Shown: in pieces, positions 9,884 through 19,304 of the stretch
Layout of the letters: every line of letters starts with the position of its first letter
Position numbering within the stretch: position 1 is the stretch's first letter
Assembly: GCA_048886685.1 (NCBI GenBank)
Contig: JBHLKM010000011.1
Coordinates: 79,115 to 143,114, forward strand
From: Candidatus Hodarchaeota archaeon
GTDB taxonomy: Archaea; Asgardarchaeota; Lokiarchaeia; Sigyniarchaeales; SOKP01
Reading direction: 5' to 3'
DNA length: 64,000 nucleotides
The notes under the pieces: generated by a model
Seen by the model: only the letters and a program-made list of their open reading frames with translations
What the model was told of the DNA's origin: nothing
Databases searched by the model: none
Made by a program: the position numbers and the translations under genes

Positions 9884-11176
9884 TTAAAAATCTATATTTT
9901 TTCCATCCCAGGCATATTCAAATATTTTTTTATAAAGGGTTTTACTCATAGGTCGGTAAGATAAAAGAGTAACGATATCATTATCTGCATATTCTGTTAA
10001 AACATCAAGTTTTTCCATGTATTCTTCTTTAGTTATTGATGGTTGACTCAATTCCTTTACACATACTGGTCCATCCATCGAATGGATAAACTTTTTTACT
10101 GCATTCATTAATTCTTGAAATAATGTATTTCTATCTTTATTATCAGGAGTTACGTTAAAAATAGGGCATAAATCTTTCCATCTATCTGTGACTTTCGCCT
10201 GAAATCCTATAGAATACGGTAAAAACAAACCCACAGACAGACCATGATGTACCTTAAAAACTTTTCCGAAACTATGACCTAAAGCATGATCAATCCCAGG
10301 AACAGTGTTCCCAAATCCAAGTCCTCCTAATAATGCAGCTAATTGCATGTGGGCTCTGGCTTCTGTATCACCTTTTCCATATTTATAGGCTCTTGGAAGG
10401 TATTTTATAACTTCTCTTATCGCAGCTATGTTTATAGCATCAGCAAGCGGATTTCCCCAGTTAGATACGTAACTGCCAAAAGCATGAGCGAACGCATCTA
10501 AACCAGATCCTAATGTTAAGAAGGGAGGCATATCTTCAACAAAAGCTGTATCGAGGATAGCAATATCAGGAACCAGTTCGGCATTATTCACAGCTAATTT
10601 TTTATGAGGTGTCCTATTAGTATCGGTAAGCATTGAAGTCCCTGTTACTTCTGATCCAGTTCCAGAAGTAGTAGGAATTGCCACTAAATATCTAACTTTT
10701 TTCCGTAATCCTAGAGGATCACCAATGGGAAGGAGCATAAATAAATTGGCATCAGGTTTCTCATATTTTAGCATAATTGATTTTGCAGCATCCATAACGC
10801 TACCACCCCCAATTGCAATAATCATTATTGGTCTAAATTCTTCACAAATTCTGACTCCTTCATCTATGTTAGCAAATGGTACTTCTGGTTCTATTCCAGA
10901 AAAGATTTTATATTCGATTTCATTAAAATCAAGGTCTTCAGTTACTTTACTAGTAAATTTTTGAGTAAAGGAATCAACTACAATCAAAGCTCTTCTATCT
11001 TCTTTATCAAGGATAGCTTTCATTAATGAAGCCATTGATGAGACACCAGCTTTCCCCATATATACGATTGGTGAATTAAAGGAAGACGTAATTCCTCTAA
11101 TGGCTTTACCACCGAATAATCCCATCATATCCTTGATCATTTGCATTTCATACCATGCAGGTTGCTTTCCACTCAT
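9884..11176 (-). CDS. Iron-containing alcohol dehydrogenase
   Basis: GGGSVMDAAK, PTTSGTGSE, DAFAH, HALGH, HGL metal ligands; 17 bp upstream of aor on the same strand. Confidence 0.93.
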   Translation of the reverse strand: MSGKQPAWYEMQMIKDMMGLFGGKAIRGITSSFNSPIVYMGKAGVSSMASLMKAILDKEDRRALIVVDSFTQKFTSKVTEDLDFNEIEYKIFSGIEPEVPFANIDEGVRICEEFRPIMIIAIGGGSVMDAAKSIMLKYEKPDANLFMLLPIGDPLGLRKKVRYLVAIPTTSGTGSEVTGTSMLTDTNRTPHKKLAVNNAELVPDIAILDTAFVEDMPPFLTLGSGLDAFAHAFGSYVSNWGNPLADAINIAAIREVIKYLPRAYKYGKGDTEARAHMQLAALLGGLGFGNTVPGIDHALGHSFGKVFKVHHGLSVGLFLPYSIGFQAKVTDRWKDLCPIFNVTPDNKDRNTLFQELMNAVKKFIHSMDGPVCVKELSQPSITKEEYMEKLDVLTEYADNDIVTLLSYRPMSKTLYKKIFEYAWDGKNIDF

Positions 11177-11482
11177 AAATGATCTACTCTCTTAAATTTA
11201 TTCAAATTGATTTTCATTTTTTTTAAAAGTTTGTTAATATAGATATTTATTTAATTCCTTAATAAATCCTTAAGGTAAAAATCTAGAAAAATTGAAATTA
11301 TCAATTAAAACAGTTTATCTTTGTTATTAAATTCGTGGGTTGGTTTTTATATTTATAATTTTTACATCCATTCTCAAAAAATCTTGTTAAAGAATCGAAT
11401 ATAGAATCAAATGTAGGATTATATTAATTTACAATTGTTCATAAAAATAATCATTATATTCAACCATACAAAATGATTAGAG

Positions 11483-12325
11483 ATGAGTAGGAAAATAAAT
11501 ATAATTTCCATAATAGGTGCAGGTTATTTAGGCAAGCAAATTATTGAGAAATCTCTTTTATACAATTATAACATCAGAGTTTATGATACTAATCAAGAAG
11601 ATTTAAGTATATTTGCGAAAAATATGAGAGAAAAGATAAAAGAAAAAAATTTGAAAGCATCAATCACTCAATATTCTACTATCGCGGAAGCTGTTAAAGA
11701 CGTAGATTTGGTAATTGAAGCTGTTCCAGAAAAGCTTGATTTAAAAAGAGAAGTCTTTTCACAGATAGATAAGGTAGCTTCGCCTCACACTATAATTGCG
11801 ACGAATAGTTCATCAATACCAATCTCAAAAATAGAAGATGTTGTTGAAAGAAAAGATAAAGTTATGAATATTCATTTTTATGATCTTTTCAAGCTTCCAC
11901 TAGCAGACATTATGCGCGGAACTCAAACTAGTCACGAAACGTTTGAAAAAGGTAGGATCTGGTTAGAGAGTATTGAAATCACTCCTCTTGAAGTTAAAAA
12001 AGAGTGTTATGGCTTTGTTATGAATAGAATATGGAGAGCGATTAAAAAAGATTGTCTGAAGATATGGGCAGGAGGGCATGCAGATATTGAAACGGTTGAT
12101 AATGCTTGGAAAACTTTTTGTCAATTTTTTATTACAACTGATTTTGGACCATTTCAATTCATGGATCGAATTGGATTAGATGTAATTTATGATATTGAAA
12201 TGTCTTATTTCAAAAATAGTGGTATTCCCGATGATAGACCACCTGACGCATTAAAAGAAATGGTAGAAAGGGGAGAATTAGGAATAAAATCTGAAATAGG
12301 CTTTTATAATTACAAAAGTCAATAA
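11483..12325 (+). CDS. 3-hydroxyacyl-CoA dehydrogenase family protein
   Basis: GAGYLG, IEAVPEKLDLK, ATNSSS, HF, GFVMNR, GPFQFMDRIGLD. Confidence 0.9.
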   Translation: MSRKINIISIIGAGYLGKQIIEKSLLYNYNIRVYDTNQEDLSIFAKNMREKIKEKNLKASITQYSTIAEAVKDVDLVIEAVPEKLDLKREVFSQIDKVASPHTIIATNSSSIPISKIEDVVERKDKVMNIHFYDLFKLPLADIMRGTQTSHETFEKGRIWLESIEITPLEVKKECYGFVMNRIWRAIKKDCLKIWAGGHADIETVDNAWKTFCQFFITTDFGPFQFMDRIGLDVIYDIEMSYFKNSGIPDDRPPDALKEMVERGELGIKSEIGFYNYKSQ

Positions 12326-12391
12326 GTTTTTTTTCTATTTTTAATTTAAAAAAGTAATCCTTATAGTCTTATTTTTTATTTACTATCACAA

Positions 12392-13108
12392 ATGTCGGAA
12401 AATAGAAAAAAGGATATACAGCGGATTAAAGAATTAGAAAGTATTAATTTAGCTACTGATGATATCAGAGATCTTGTGGTTCAGACTAAAATTGAAGTAG
12501 AAAAAGATAATGAATTATTAGCTCAACGGAATAATGAAGAATTACGGGAACATAATATCAAATCAGTAGATATTGTGGGTGCTATTGGTGCAGGTAAAAC
12601 AGCATTAATTGAAAAAATAGTAGAAATATTATCAGAAAAATATAGGATCTTAGTAATTTGTGGTGATATAACTACTAGAGTAGATGCTGATCGAATTCAG
12701 GCACATAATGCAGAGACAATTCAAATTAATACTGGTCGAGAATGTGCTTTAAATGCATATCATATACACCAAATCATTGAAAATAAGGATTTAAATGATT
12801 ACGACTTACTATTCATCGAAAACGTAGGAAATCTTATTTGTCCATCAGATTTTACTCTTGGAACAGATAAACGAATCACTGTAGTTTCTACGACTGAGGG
12901 AGAATGGGTAATAGAAAAGCATCCTATGCTTTTTAAGATGTCTCAAGTCGCAGTTATTAATAAAATTGATTTAGCTGAGAGATTGGGCACGAATATTCAA
13001 AAAATGGTAAAAGATGCAAAAGAAATAAATCCAAACATAGAAGTCATTACTACTAGTGCTAAAACTGGAAAAAATATTGAAAAATTAATTGAAATATTAG
13101 AATTATAA
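12392..13108 (+). CDS. hypB: Hydrogenase nickel-incorporation GTPase HypB
   Basis: GAIGAGKT, INTGREC, IENVGNLICP, KHP, NKID, SAKTG. Confidence 0.92.
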   Translation: MSENRKKDIQRIKELESINLATDDIRDLVVQTKIEVEKDNELLAQRNNEELREHNIKSVDIVGAIGAGKTALIEKIVEILSEKYRILVICGDITTRVDADRIQAHNAETIQINTGRECALNAYHIHQIIENKDLNDYDLLFIENVGNLICPSDFTLGTDKRITVVSTTEGEWVIEKHPMLFKMSQVAVINKIDLAERLGTNIQKMVKDAKEINPNIEVITTSAKTGKNIEKLIEILEL

Positions 13109-13128
13109 TTCCAATCTGATGAATAAAA

Positions 13129-13551
13129 ATGAAAGAATTATTACAACAGTTAGAACAATTACTTAACGAACAAGATTTAGATTTATTAAAGATCCAAAAT
13201 TTAAAGGCTGAGATTCTAAAAAATCATATTAAAGGATTGAGAATTGAAAATTATATAGGTGATTATCCTACTTTCATGGAACCGGTTATTCTTGGAGATA
13301 GCGTTAAGATCGGCGATGATGTACTCATCGGACCAAGAGTTTATATAGGCAGTAATTCAGAAATTGAGGACTATGCAGAGATTTCAAATTCTATAATATT
13401 TGATAACGTAAAGATAGGTAGTAATTTCAAATTAGATAATTGTATAATTATAAAGGATAGCAAACTCAATTTTGACAATTTTAATAATAGAAATTGTATC
13501 ATAAAGGGAATTGTAGATTCTGAAGAAGAATTAGAGATAATTTTACTCTAA
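13129..13551 (+). CDS. Left-handed beta-helix (hexapeptide repeat) protein resembling the C-terminal domain of NDP-sugar pyrophosphorylases
   Basis: PVILGDSVKIGDDVLIGPRVYIG...ISNSIIFDNVKIG; no nucleotidyltransferase domain. Confidence 0.75.
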   Translation: MKELLQQLEQLLNEQDLDLLKIQNLKAEILKNHIKGLRIENYIGDYPTFMEPVILGDSVKIGDDVLIGPRVYIGSNSEIEDYAEISNSIIFDNVKIGSNFKLDNCIIIKDSKLNFDNFNNRNCIIKGIVDSEEELEIILL

Positions 13552-13557
13552 TTCTCA

Positions 13558-14202
13558 TTAATAGTCTAATTTTTGACCAAGAACGTATCTTACTATATGT
13601 GTATGGGGTCCTCCGGCTCCATGATTTTCGCGCTCTTCTATAATCCCTGTTTCAATAATTTTAAAATCTTTAAAGTGATCAACTAGATCATTTTCAGTAA
13701 AATAATGTGTGGGTCTTCCTGGCTTACTTTCGAATGTATTTATCTCTAACACTTTTCCTTTACCAAAACTGGACTCTTTTTCAGAAAATACGGTAAAAAA
13801 GATAAAGCCATTTGTATTCAATTGATTAAAACAATTTTTAAGAAACAAGAAACGTTCATCTTTGAGAAATAAATGAAGTGTGTTGAAACAATATATGGCA
13901 TCGAATTTTACATCAATAAGCTCCAATTCGAGAATAGAATAATTAAAGAATTTAGTTTGAGAATCGAATTTTTTAGCTATTTCAATAGCAATTTCGGAAA
14001 TTTCAACGCCTATAACTATATAATCATGTTCTGAAAAAAATTTTGTATGTCTTCCATATCCCGACCCTGGAATAAGAATGTTCTGGATATTATATCTCTT
14101 AAACAGCTTTAAAGCATATAAAGCAGATTGACTGGGTGATTCTCCCCAAATTTTACCTTCTTTTGAAAATCGAGTATTCCAATAAGCCTTATTCTTATCC
14201 AT
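13558..14202 (-). CDS. Class I SAM-dependent methyltransferase
   Basis: ILIPGSGYGRH, GVEISE, FDAIYC motifs. Confidence 0.88.
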   Translation of the reverse strand: MDKNKAYWNTRFSKEGKIWGESPSQSALYALKLFKRYNIQNILIPGSGYGRHTKFFSEHDYIVIGVEISEIAIEIAKKFDSQTKFFNYSILELELIDVKFDAIYCFNTLHLFLKDERFLFLKNCFNQLNTNGFIFFTVFSEKESSFGKGKVLEINTFESKPGRPTHYFTENDLVDHFKDFKIIETGIIEERENHGAGGPHTHIVRYVLGQKLDY

Positions 14203-15607
14203 TTTTATAACTAGTTTTTTTATTCAGTTTCTCTCCATAATTGTATAAATTAAGAAATGCTTTTGCTGCTCTTTCAAAACTAGGGAAAATTGGGACGCCC
14301 ATTTCAATAATTTTTTTTCTATATTTTTCTCTTTTTTGAAAACCAGCAAATGGCAAAGAAAGAAAAAAAGGTTTTCCTTGTTTATGACATAGATTTTTGA
14401 GAAATAACAGATTTTCGAAATAGTTTTCTAACGTATTTTTATCCCAAGGCTGATATGTTTCGGCCAAGACACCACTTATATAGGGCTCCTTAATTGCAAT
14501 TTCAGCAATATTAGAGTATTCCTCTGAAAAATTTTTCCATGGAAGATCCAGTGGATTTACTACTCCTCCAAATCTAATTAACTTTTTTAATTTTACTTGA
14601 GTTTCTTGGCTAAATTCAGGGATTTTAGCTCCAAGTTGAGTTATTAAATCAGTGGCTATTGTTGCGCTTCCACCCGACCATGTCATTAATAGAATGCCTT
14701 TTTCACGGGGAAGCATATCCTTATAATAATAAAATGCAAGGGTGGTATCTGTTAATTCTTCAAATGAGCGAACATTAATACAACTCGTCTGATTGAGTAC
14801 TGCATCCCAAATTTTATTCGAAGTTGTCAAACTTCCCGTATGTGACTCTGCTGATCTTTTTCCTGCTCCTGTCTTTCCACTTCTTAAGAAAATTACTGGT
14901 TTATTTGTCATTTTTAGTACATTATATAAATTTTGCCCTTCATTTTTATGATATCTTGAAAACCCTTCAAGATAAACTCCTATAATATCAGTTCTATCAT
15001 CTTCATTGTAGTATTGTATGAGATCTGTCACGTTTACTGATATAGAATTGCCGATACTCGCAGCCCATGAAAAATTAACACCCAAATAATTTAAATTGCC
15101 AACAAATCTTTCCGTGAGGTCACCAGATTGGGAGATAAATGCCACATTACCTATAGGATCTTTTTTGAAAGAAGAATTAAATGAAAACCGACCACCTGTA
15201 GAATATAATCCCATACAATTTGGTCCAATAGCTCGAGTAGAACTATTTTTTAGCAGATTGTATATTTCATCCTCGATTTTTTCTCCCTCTTCATCAAATT
15301 CACCTGTACCAGCTGAGAAAATATGAAGAGTTGCGAAATTTTTACTAATGCAATTTTTTACAACATCGACTAATTGATTTCGATTAACTGCAATTATAGT
15401 GTGATCTATCCCATCGGGAAGTTCGGATACATCCTTAAAACAATCAATTCCGAATAGCTTTTCAGTTCCTTTAGAAACTATGTATAGCTTGCCAGTAAAA
15501 TCTCTATCAACTAATCCTTTTAACTGCCATTCTCTCTTCTTTGAAGCACCAATAAAGGCTATAGTTTTAGGATAGAAAAGTTTTTCAAAATAATTTATCT
15601 GTCCCAC
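14195..15607 (-). CDS. ADP-forming acyl-CoA synthetase alpha-subunit-like (CoA-binding) protein
   Basis: IAFIGAS, IGPNCMG, ISQSG, SIGN, SHTGSL (phospho-His), NPLDL. Confidence 0.88.
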   Translation of the reverse strand: MGQINYFEKLFYPKTIAFIGASKKREWQLKGLVDRDFTGKLYIVSKGTEKLFGIDCFKDVSELPDGIDHTIIAVNRNQLVDVVKNCISKNFATLHIFSAGTGEFDEEGEKIEDEIYNLLKNSSTRAIGPNCMGLYSTGGRFSFNSSFKKDPIGNVAFISQSGDLTERFVGNLNYLGVNFSWAASIGNSISVNVTDLIQYYNEDDRTDIIGVYLEGFSRYHKNEGQNLYNVLKMTNKPVIFLRSGKTGAGKRSAESHTGSLTTSNKIWDAVLNQTSCINVRSFEELTDTTLAFYYYKDMLPREKGILLMTWSGGSATIATDLITQLGAKIPEFSQETQVKLKKLIRFGGVVNPLDLPWKNFSEEYSNIAEIAIKEPYISGVLAETYQPWDKNTLENYFENLLFLKNLCHKQGKPFFLSLPFAGFQKREKYRKKIIEMGVPIFPSFERAAKAFLNLYNYGEKLNKKTSYKNG

Positions 15608-15725
15608 GCATAAAATAATACAATTTCAAAATTAAGTTTAATGAAAGGATTCAAAAAATCTTTAATATCCATCTAACTTTGATTATTAATAAAAACAAAT
15701 ATAATGAAAAAAGGTAAGCAAATAA

Positions 15726-17012
15726 ATGATATCAGAAGAACCAACTCCAATTACGTGGATTCGAAATAATAAAGATAAACTTGTTAAATTCATTCAAGAT
15801 CTAGTTAAGATTCCCAGTGTTTCTGGAGAAGAAGAAGAGATCCAAAAATTTATTTATAAAAAACTTACAGAATTAGAACTTGAACCTCAATTTATCTATC
15901 CTGTTGTTGAAACCCTACGAAAAAGTGATGATTATTTTGAAACAACATCTTTTATGAAATATGGATATAAAAACCGTCCAAATGTAGTAGGAATCCTTAG
16001 AGGTACTGGAAATGGTCGATCTATTTGCCTAAGTGGACATGTTGATGTAGTAAGTCCAGAACCTATAGAACATTGGAGCCGTAGTCCATGGAGTGGTGAA
16101 ATAGACGGCAATTTCATATATGGACGTGGTGCTGGCGATATGAAAGCAGGAGTTGCATCTATGATTTTTGCTCTTCAAGCACTTAAAGAAACAAAAACTC
16201 AATTAAAAGGTGATGTGTTTATAGAAACGACGATTGATGAAGAAGATGGAGGTATTGGAGGTAATCTATATATGCGTTTAACTCAGCCAAAACCAGATGC
16301 GGCTATAATTCCTGAACCGAGTGGTTATGCTATAAGTATCGCGAGTGCTGGGGTTATGTATTTTCGTGTTATAGTTACTGGTATTCCAGCACACGCAGCT
16401 ACAGCTCATTATGGTGTGAATGCTATTATCAAGATGGTTCCAATTATCGAAGCTCTTAAATCTCTAAATGAAGAGAGACAAAAGACAATCTCATATAAAT
16501 ATGCAGAGGTAGATCCAAGAATGAAAGGGAAAGCAACGACTCTTAACATTGGAGTAATAAATTCCGGGGATTGGCCTTCTACTGTACCAGCATTGTGTAT
16601 CCTCGAATGCCGAATAGGATTTCCTCCTGGTGAAACCCGAGAAAGTGTTATGAATCAAATTGAAAGAACGATTCAAAATACCGTGAATAAAGACAAATGG
16701 TTAAAAGATAATCCCCCAAAAATTGAGTGGTATGGATGGAAGGCAAGACCTCATGAACAGGATCCTGAGGATCCTTTTGTAAAATTAGTAGATAGAAAAA
16801 TCCAAGAATTTTCAGGCATTAAACCAGTATATAGTGGTGGAACAGCTGGATTGGATGCTCGATTTTTTGTGAATAATGGTGTTCCTGCCATTTCATTCGG
16901 ACCATTAGCAGAAAGAATTCATTCGATTGATGAACGCGTTTCTATTAATTCAACATTAAAAACAACTGAGGTATTAATTGGTACAATAATAGATTGGTGT
17001 GGATTAGAATAG
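15726..17012 (+). CDS. ArgE/DapE-family M20 metallo-deacylase
   Basis: SGHVDVV, GRGAGDMKAG, DEE, IPEP, HSIDE. Confidence 0.92.
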   Translation: MISEEPTPITWIRNNKDKLVKFIQDLVKIPSVSGEEEEIQKFIYKKLTELELEPQFIYPVVETLRKSDDYFETTSFMKYGYKNRPNVVGILRGTGNGRSICLSGHVDVVSPEPIEHWSRSPWSGEIDGNFIYGRGAGDMKAGVASMIFALQALKETKTQLKGDVFIETTIDEEDGGIGGNLYMRLTQPKPDAAIIPEPSGYAISIASAGVMYFRVIVTGIPAHAATAHYGVNAIIKMVPIIEALKSLNEERQKTISYKYAEVDPRMKGKATTLNIGVINSGDWPSTVPALCILECRIGFPPGETRESVMNQIERTIQNTVNKDKWLKDNPPKIEWYGWKARPHEQDPEDPFVKLVDRKIQEFSGIKPVYSGGTAGLDARFFVNNGVPAISFGPLAERIHSIDERVSINSTLKTTEVLIGTIIDWCGLE

Positions 17013-17019
17013 GGAGTTA

Positions 17020-18300
17020 CTATATTCCCAAACTTTTATTTTCTAAGATTTGAAGGTTTTCTTCAATTATTTTAAACCCTCTATCTAAATCTTCATCGTA
17101 TATCATTAAAGGCATAAGTAATCTTATTGTGTTTCCATATTTTCCACATGTAATTATTATCAATCCTTTTTTATGGCATAAATTGACCATTTCTGTAGCT
17201 TTATCTTTTGCTGGTTTCTTTGTCTTAGGATCAATTAGTTCAAATGCGATCATAGATCCAATACCATGGATATTGCCCACAATTTCAAAATCCTTTTGCC
17301 AGGTCTTAACTTGCTTGTTTAATTTTTCTCCTAGGATTTCAGCTTTGTAAAGTAAATTTTCTTCTTGAAATATATCTAATACCGCTAAAGCAGCTCTACA
17401 AGCAACGGGATTCCCACTAAAAGTTCCTCCTAAGCCACCAACATGAGGGGAATCCATGATCTCTCTACGACCAATAATCGCGCTTAGTGGTAAACCTGCT
17501 GCCAGACTTTTAGCAAGAATCACAATATCAGGTACCACATCCCAATGTTCAATTGCAAACATTTTTCCTGTTCTCCCCATTCCAGATTGAATTTCGTCAG
17601 CTATAAACAAAATACCATTTTCCTGACAAATTTCAGCAATTTTAGGGAAAAAGTCAGGAGGCGGAGTAATGAATCCTCCTTCACCTTGGATAGGTTCCAC
17701 AATAATGGCTGCAACAGATTCTGGGGCAACATGATCAATAAGAAAGGTTTCAAATAGATTAATATGACCAAAAGGTATTCGATAAATCTCTGGAGCAAAA
17801 GGTCCAAAACCTAACTTATATGGTTTTACTTTGCTTGTTAAACTCATCCCCATAAGAGTCCTTCCATGGAACGCATTTTCAAATGTTATTATTCCTGAAC
17901 GTTTTGTATAATATCTGGCTACTTTTATTGCGTTTTCTACAGCTTCAGCACCACTATTTGCAAAAAAAGCCATTTTAGGGAAATTCCCAGGTGCAATATC
18001 ACATAGTCTTTTTGCCAACTCTATATATGGCTCATACATTGCAACATGAAAGCATATGTGGATGTATTTTTCAACTTGATCTTTAATAGCACTTACAACT
18101 TTGGGATGACAATGCCCAACATTGATTGTAGCTATTCCTCCTGCAAAATCTATCATCTCATTACCTTCTACATCAACCATTCTAGCACCATTTGCCTTTT
18201 GAATAAAGGAGGGAATGATATTGTAAACAGCTTTTGGAACATATTGTTTTCTTAATTCAAGTAGATTTTCATTTTTTTTCATTATTTCTACCCCTTTCAT
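17020..18300 (-). CDS. gabT: 4-aminobutyrate aminotransferase (class III)
   Basis: IDFAGGI, NSGAEAVENAIK, FHGRT, EPIQGEGG, DEIQSGMGRTG, AKSLAAG, GGTFSGNP. Confidence 0.85.
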   Translation of the reverse strand: MKGVEIMKKNENLLELRKQYVPKAVYNIIPSFIQKANGARMVDVEGNEMIDFAGGIATINVGHCHPKVVSAIKDQVEKYIHICFHVAMYEPYIELAKRLCDIAPGNFPKMAFFANSGAEAVENAIKVARYYTKRSGIITFENAFHGRTLMGMSLTSKVKPYKLGFGPFAPEIYRIPFGHINLFETFLIDHVAPESVAAIIVEPIQGEGGFITPPPDFFPKIAEICQENGILFIADEIQSGMGRTGKMFAIEHWDVVPDIVILAKSLAAGLPLSAIIGRREIMDSPHVGGLGGTFSGNPVACRAALAVLDIFQEENLLYKAEILGEKLNKQVKTWQKDFEIVGNIHGIGSMIAFELIDPKTKKPAKDKATEMVNLCHKKGLIIITCGKYGNTIRLLMPLMIYDEDLDRGFKIIEENLQILENKSLGI

Positions 18301-18355
18301 AATTCTTATCTTTTCAAATTAATTCAGATTATTATTTTCTATTTAAAATTTAGAT

Positions 18356-19204
18356 TTATCTAAATGAAGGGATTATCTCTTCAGTAAATCTCTTTATTAT
18401 TTCCGGTAGATTTTTGGATCGCTGAAAGCTTGCTAGATAATAACCTGCACCAGAATCTGCAGCTTTCTCCACCTTTGGAAGATATTCTTCTATATCAGTA
18501 GACCTCATTTCTCCTGCCATAAATTCTACCTTATCAGTTCGATTATGTAATTTTGCTGATTCTTTAACTATTTCTTTCATATCCTCTGGATTCTTCCCAG
18601 GCCAAGGGGGTAAAAAACAAATATCTCCATATTGACCTGCTAATTTAAGCATTCGTGTCCCTTGGCTTCCAAAAATGAGCTTTGGATATGGTTTTTGTGC
18701 AGGTTTTGGATCCAAGATAGCTCCCTTAGCTATATAATATTTACCTTCAAAATTAACCTCATTTTTTGTCCATAATTGGATCATCAAATCAAGACCCTCA
18801 TATGTTTTATCCACTCTGACTTTTGGACTGCTCCATTCACTATAACCTTCAAATTCTATCTCAGACCATCCAGCACCTATTCCAACCATTGTACGTCCGC
18901 CAGATAAAACATCTGCGGTAGAAATCATTTTAGCTAATATGCTTGGTGGTCGAAAGGGAATTGGGGTTACAAGGGTGCCAATTCTGATTTTCTCTGTTTT
19001 TCCTAATAAATGTGATATTGTCATCCATGTTTCAAGAGTTCTATTATTATCTGGTCTCTGGTGCCATGGCAATTCCCCCCACATATAATGATCGGGGAAT
19101 ATAGCTCCATCAAAACCGCATTTATCTGCTTCTATAACAGCTTCTTCAATAAATGAATAATCATTATACCAATTTCCTAATCCACCTAAAATGAATTTCA
19201 TCAT
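18356..19204 (-). CDS. LLM-class (probably F420-dependent) oxidoreductase
   Basis: PDHY, GTLVTPIPFRPPSILAK, DVLSGGR..VGIGAGW, PKPAQKPYP. Confidence 0.9.
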   Translation of the reverse strand: MMKFILGGLGNWYNDYSFIEEAVIEADKCGFDGAIFPDHYMWGELPWHQRPDNNRTLETWMTISHLLGKTEKIRIGTLVTPIPFRPPSILAKMISTADVLSGGRTMVGIGAGWSEIEFEGYSEWSSPKVRVDKTYEGLDLMIQLWTKNEVNFEGKYYIAKGAILDPKPAQKPYPKLIFGSQGTRMLKLAGQYGDICFLPPWPGKNPEDMKEIVKESAKLHNRTDKVEFMAGEMRSTDIEEYLPKVEKAADSGAGYYLASFQRSKNLPEIIKRFTEEIIPSFR

Positions 19205-19279
19205 ACTAATATTTTATATCTCAAGCTTTATTAATTATTAGAGTAAGGAGGACATGTCAATCTTTCCATTTTTATTACT

Positions 19280-19304
19280 TAAAAAAAAAAAGAAAAAAAA
19301 AGAA
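19280..19304 (-). terminator. Oligo-T archaeal terminator downstream of the 1931-aa gene
   Basis: A-run aaaaaaaaaaagaaaaaaaaagaa on +, which reads as poly-T on the coding strand immediately after the stop. Confidence 0.6.
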
